In this document: in pieces, positions 60,620-64,000 of the stretch | How positions within the stretch are numbered: the stretch's first letter is position 1 | How the letters are laid out: each line of letters opens with the position of its first letter | Origin: an uncultured Clostridia bacterium | Lineage (GTDB): Bacteria; Bacillota; Clostridia; Christensenellales; CAG-917 | Assembly (NCBI GenBank): GCA_934277645.1 | Contig: CAKQUX010000006.1 | Location: 11,576-75,575 of the forward strand | Length of the DNA: 64,000 bases | Direction of reading: 5' to 3' | Notes under the pieces: generated by a model | The model's database searches: none | Seen by the model: only the letters and a program-made list of their open reading frames with translations | Told to the model about the DNA's origin: nothing | Translations under genes and position numbers: made by a program

Positions 60620-60748
60620 TTATTTAAACAAACTTTCGATTTTTCTTAAAATTTTCTTTTCGCCACGAGCGGCGATTTCGTTTTTATAGACTAGGTAGCC
60701 GGTCGCTACTGCGCCGACCGCCACGCCCAAGAGTAATTTGTTTTTCAT
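60620..60748 (-). CDS. small membrane protein (42 aa), below the ORF-track size cutoff
   Basis: GGAGGAAG RBS 5 nt before ATG 60748. MKNKLLLGVAVGAVATGYLVYKNEIAARGEKKILRKIESLFK: one hydrophobic helix plus an amphipathic basic tail. Terminator downstream. Confidence 0.55.
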   Translation of the reverse strand: MKNKLLLGVAVGAVATGYLVYKNEIAARGEKKILRKIESLFK

Positions 60749-61063
60749 TTCTTCCTCCTATATTTATAATGTGATATTTAAGAAAGGTTAGGGAAAAAAA
60801 ATTTTGCCATATAATGGTGAAATAAATCCTTATAGTTTTTTAATGAATAAACTAAAGATTTTTAATAAATGAAATTATTTAATGAATTGACGAAATTGAG
60901 TTTTATAGATAAATAAAATCGAGTTTTAATAAATGACGAAGTGTTTTGGCGAATAAGCAAAACCGTGTTTTAATAAATGAAGGTGTGTATTACAAATTGT
61001 TTATAATTAACGCAAAAGCTAAGTTGCAAAGTGTATTGACTAAAAGTCGCAACGATAAAAAAA

Positions 61064-61080
61064 CCGCAACATAGTTGCGG
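61064..61080 (-). terminator. intrinsic terminator of the protease gene
   Basis: CCGCAAC 61064-61070 / GTTGCGG 61074-61080. The plus-strand A-run 61057-61063 gives a T7 tail on the minus strand. Confidence 0.8.
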
Positions 61081-61338
61081 CTTTTCAATTTGTAAAAGAT
61101 TAGTTGATTTTTAGATTTCTTGACATAATGAATTAGTCAAAATAAATGATAACTTGAATAACAGATTAGTCGATTCTATTTAAATGATTAGCCAAATAAA
61201 AGATTGGTCTAAATATTTAAATTGATTAGTCATAAGTCAATTATAATATAGTCCATATAGCCTTTATGAATCAAACTATATAAATGAAAATTTAATCTAT
61301 ATAAGCTATAATGATTAGTCGATATATTTATTTGACTT

Positions 61339-62361
61339 TTAAGCTCTGCCTTGCGCGACGTAATCGATAGTTATGGATTTTTCGGTTTCCACATCGGATA
61401 GGAACTTTAAAACCGTTTGCATAGCGACGGCAAATCCCATATTTTCCGCTTCGGTTTCTGAAATCTTGCTTTCGATAATGCCGATGACAACGCCGTTTTT
61501 ATCGAACATAGGTCCGCCCGAATTTCCGTTATTGACGGCGGCGTCCGTCATAATGTAATAGGCGTCGCCCCAGTTTGAAAGTTTCATTGCGCCGTGACTT
61601 ATCGAGCCTGTCGTAACCGAAAGTCCGATGCCCTTAGGGTTGCCGATGATTGCGACTTGTTCGCCGAGTTTTGCATAATCGCTTGAAGCAAGTTTGACGG
61701 CAGGGTGAGTCGTGGACGACGGGGTAGCGGTTTTGAAAGTCAGAAGCGCAAGGTCTACGTCTTCGTCGAGATAAACGATTTCAAGTTGATAAGCGGTCGA
61801 TTCGCCGTAAAAACGACAAACGATAGATTCGTATTGAACGGTTGTTTTAGTCACGAACATTCCGGTTCTCGTTTCTTTTTCGTAGGTCACTACGTGGTGA
61901 TTTGTGAGCATATATCTCGTATCGCCGTCGTTAATCAAAAATCCCGTAGCTGTCGAGGTGGTGGAGCTGCTTTCGCAAGTAATGACCGCACAAGCCGACA
62001 TACAGTTGTCGGCGACGTATTCGCCAATCGACGTTTCGAGCCTTGACGACGCGCTCTTGGAAGCGGAATCGATAACGTCGGCAACAATATCCGAATCGGA
62101 GAGTTTGTCTTCGATTGCCTGTTGATATTGGTCACGGACGGCTGACGAAATAGTCGTTGCGTATTTTTCCGCAATGATGTTTTTCATCGACGCTAAAACG
62201 ACTATGTTTACTATAACTACAAGAGCAAGCAAAATCGAAATGACAATAAGAGTAGTGTTGGTGCGTTTCAGTTTTGCGTACGCTTCTGTTTTTTCGGGCG
62301 GAATTTGTCCGTTGCCTCTGTCGTTATCGTTGTTATCGTAAAAATTATAAAAGTTATCCAT
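61339..62361 (-). CDS. membrane-anchored trypsin-like serine protease (S1C/HtrA-like, no PDZ domain seen)
   Basis: 340 aa, GAGGTGG RBS. N-terminal TM LIVISILLALVVIVNIVVLA. Catalytic-triad context TNHHV, DVDLALL, GNSGGPMFD. Confidence 0.88.
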   Translation of the reverse strand: MDNFYNFYDNNDNDRGNGQIPPEKTEAYAKLKRTNTTLIVISILLALVVIVNIVVLASMKNIIAEKYATTISSAVRDQYQQAIEDKLSDSDIVADVIDSASKSASSRLETSIGEYVADNCMSACAVITCESSSTTSTATGFLINDGDTRYMLTNHHVVTYEKETRTGMFVTKTTVQYESIVCRFYGESTAYQLEIVYLDEDVDLALLTFKTATPSSTTHPAVKLASSDYAKLGEQVAIIGNPKGIGLSVTTGSISHGAMKLSNWGDAYYIMTDAAVNNGNSGGPMFDKNGVVIGIIESKISETEAENMGFAVAMQTVLKFLSDVETEKSITIDYVAQGRA

Positions 62362-62542
62362 AAGCCACCTCTGATGAGATAATATTAGTCACGCTGTCTT
62401 AAAATAATATTAAACTTTTTTTAATTATATTATAAAAAACGAAAAATATAGTCTATTTTATTGCAAAATTCGATTATCGTCAAAATTTTACGGATTTCAC
62501 TTCCATTTCGGGCCATTTGTTCATTTTAAAGGCAAAAAAAGA

Positions 62543-62570
62543 TTGAATATTGTTAAATTTATGTTATAAT
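62543..62570 (+). promoter_or_regulatory. sigma-A promoter placed for a leaderless fhs mRNA
   Basis: TTGAAT 62543-62548, 16-nt spacer, TATAAT 62565-62570 with TG at 62562-62563, then 6 nt (CAAGCT) and ATG 62577. No Shine-Dalgarno. Confidence 0.6.
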
Positions 62571-62576
62571 CAAGCT

Positions 62577-64000
62577 ATGAAAAGTGATATCGAAATTGCA
62601 GAGGCAATAGTTCCTCAAAAAATTAAAGACGTTGCAAAAAAGTTGGGAATCGACGAAAGCAATCTCTTTTGCTATGGCGAATATATGGCAAAAGTCAAGT
62701 CGAGAGGCGACAAAAACGGTAAACTCGTTTTAGTCACTGCCATAAACCCGACTCCGCAAGGCGAAGGAAAAACGACCGTCGCGATAGGTCTTGCCGACGG
62801 GCTTTCCCTTTTGGGAGAAAAAGCGGCTCTCGCATTGAGAGAACCTTCTCTCGGTCCTGTATTCGGCGTTAAAGGCGGAGCTGCAGGCGGCGGATATTCG
62901 CAAGTTTATCCTATGGCTGAAATCAACCTTCATTTTACCGGTGACATTCACGCAATCACGGCGGCAAACAATTTGCTTGCTTCTATGATTGACAATCATA
63001 TTTTCCAAGGCAACGTTTTGGGAATCGACCCTAACAATATCGTTTTCAAAAGATGCCTTGACGCAAACGACAGAGCGCTTAGAGATATAACCGTAAACAG
63101 CGGCAATAAGAACTTGGAACACAAAGCCAATTTTGTAATTACAGCGGCTTGCGAAGTTATGGCAATTTTTTGCCTTGCAACGTCTCTTGACAATCTTAAA
63201 GAGCGTCTTGGAAACATTCTCGTTGCTTATACGTTTGACGGCAGACCTGTTTATGCGCATCAACTTAAAGCGGAAGACGCAATGACAATTTTGCTTAAGG
63301 ACGCTTTCAGTCCTAATCTTGTCCAAACTTTGGAAGGAACGCCTGCATTCATTCACGGCGGACCTTTTGCAAACGTCGCTCACGGCTGTAACAGTGTTCA
63401 GGCAACGTATACCGCACTTAGTTATGCTGACGTCGTAGTTACGGAAGCAGGTTTCGGCGCGGACCTTGGCGCAGAAAAGTTTTTCGATATTAAATGCAGA
63501 AATGCGTCGCTTAGTCCGTCTGCGGTTGTTCTGGTTGCGTCTATAAGAGCTTTGAAACTCAACGGCGGAATGGATAAAGACAATCTCGGCGAAGAAAACG
63601 AAGAGTGTTTAATCGGCGGTTGTCAAAACCTTGTCGGACACGTCGAAAACCTTAAAAAGTTCGGAGTGCCGATTGTCATTTCGCTCAATCGTTTCCCGAC
63701 GGATACAGACAAAGAAATCGATATGATTGCGCATTTGGCGGAAGTTATGGGCGTTAAGTTTGCCGTTTGCGACAGCTATGCAAAAGGCGGCGCAGGCGCT
63801 GTCGAACTTGCAAAAGTCGTTAAAGAAACTATCGAGACAGAAAAAGCCGACCTTAAATTCATTTACGATTTAAACGACGATATTAAAGACAAAATTACGA
63901 AACTTGCCGTCGAATATTACGGCGCAGGCTCGGTTGAATTTTCCGAACAAGCATTGAAGAGATTGCATCAAATCGAAAAGTTAGTAAAAGGTCTTCCTAT
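62577..64000 (+). CDS. fhs: formate--tetrahydrofolate ligase (partial, runs off window end)
   Basis: Not in the ORF track because there is no stop in the window. My translation is MKSDIEIAEAIVPQKIKDVAKKLGIDESNLFCYGEYMAKV...LVLVTAINPTPQGEGKTTVAIGL...EPSLGPVFGVKGGAAGGGYSQV...INLHFTGDIHAIT, all hallmark FTHFS motifs. Confidence 0.95.
   Translation, partial: MKSDIEIAEAIVPQKIKDVAKKLGIDESNLFCYGEYMAKVKSRGDKNGKLVLVTAINPTPQGEGKTTVAIGLADGLSLLGEKAALALREPSLGPVFGVKGGAAGGGYSQVYPMAEINLHFTGDIHAITAANNLLASMIDNHIFQGNVLGIDPNNIVFKRCLDANDRALRDITVNSGNKNLEHKANFVITAACEVMAIFCLATSLDNLKERLGNILVAYTFDGRPVYAHQLKAEDAMTILLKDAFSPNLVQTLEGTPAFIHGGPFANVAHGCNSVQATYTALSYADVVVTEAGFGADLGAEKFFDIKCRNASLSPSAVVLVASIRALKLNGGMDKDNLGEENEECLIGGCQNLVGHVENLKKFGVPIVISLNRFPTDTDKEIDMIAHLAEVMGVKFAVCDSYAKGGAGAVELAKVVKETIETEKADLKFIYDLNDDIKDKITKLAVEYYGAGSVEFSEQALKRLHQIEKLVKGLP

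Noticed and set aside
62730-63383. 217-aa minus-strand ORF
   Set aside because: It lies entirely antisense to the clearly recognisable fhs reading frame. The ORF is a by-product of codon bias.

Overview
The window looks like chromosomal DNA from a low-GC Gram-positive (Firmicutes/Clostridia-type) bacterium. Supporting signs are a T-box leader, a Prp-processed L27, mcsA-mcsB-clpC, lipobox lipoproteins, sigma-A promoters with TGn-extended -10 boxes, and hairpin+T-run terminators. I call about 46 protein genes and 2 tRNAs. I saw no rRNA, CRISPR array, transposase or integrase. Housekeeping genes: trpB2 behind a Trp T-box, rplU-prp-rpmA, thrS, dinB, galE, galU, mcsA-mcsB-clpC, hpf, ktrB-ktrA, fhs, ABC exporters, a GH3 glycosidase and a two-component system. 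They are interleaved with three accessory blocks that encode secreted or lipid-anchored proteins of unknown function. (i) 4.3-12.5 kb: a GLUG-repeat exoprotein plus two divergent paralogous lipoproteins whose last ~150 nt are almost identical. (ii) 28.3-31.8 kb: a 905-aa membrane-anchored repeat protein, preceded by an (AAGC)19 microsatellite inside a small RBS-bearing ORF and by an A/C-rich tract. (iii) 34.0-42.8 kb: two compact switch-like modules. Each has an apparently leaderless XRE repressor gene back-to-back with a lipoprotein gene or operon whose promoter spacer is a palindromic operator. The promoter+operator of module 1 recurs in front of a zinc-ribbon membrane protein gene 12 kb away. 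I consider this XRE-gated lipoprotein/zinc-ribbon regulon the best candidate for an undescribed system. Other recurring oddities: many intergenic regions are built from private short repeats; many terminators sit 190-260 nt after the stop codon; several genes have TATAAT-N6-ATG (leaderless) architecture; a 65-bp tandem array flanks the tRNA pair; and an orphan terminator defines a candidate sRNA. CDS coordinates include the stop codon. Several starts were moved from the ORF-track start to the first ATG/GTG with a Shine-Dalgarno. All product calls rest on motifs I read in the translations; no database search or folding program was available.
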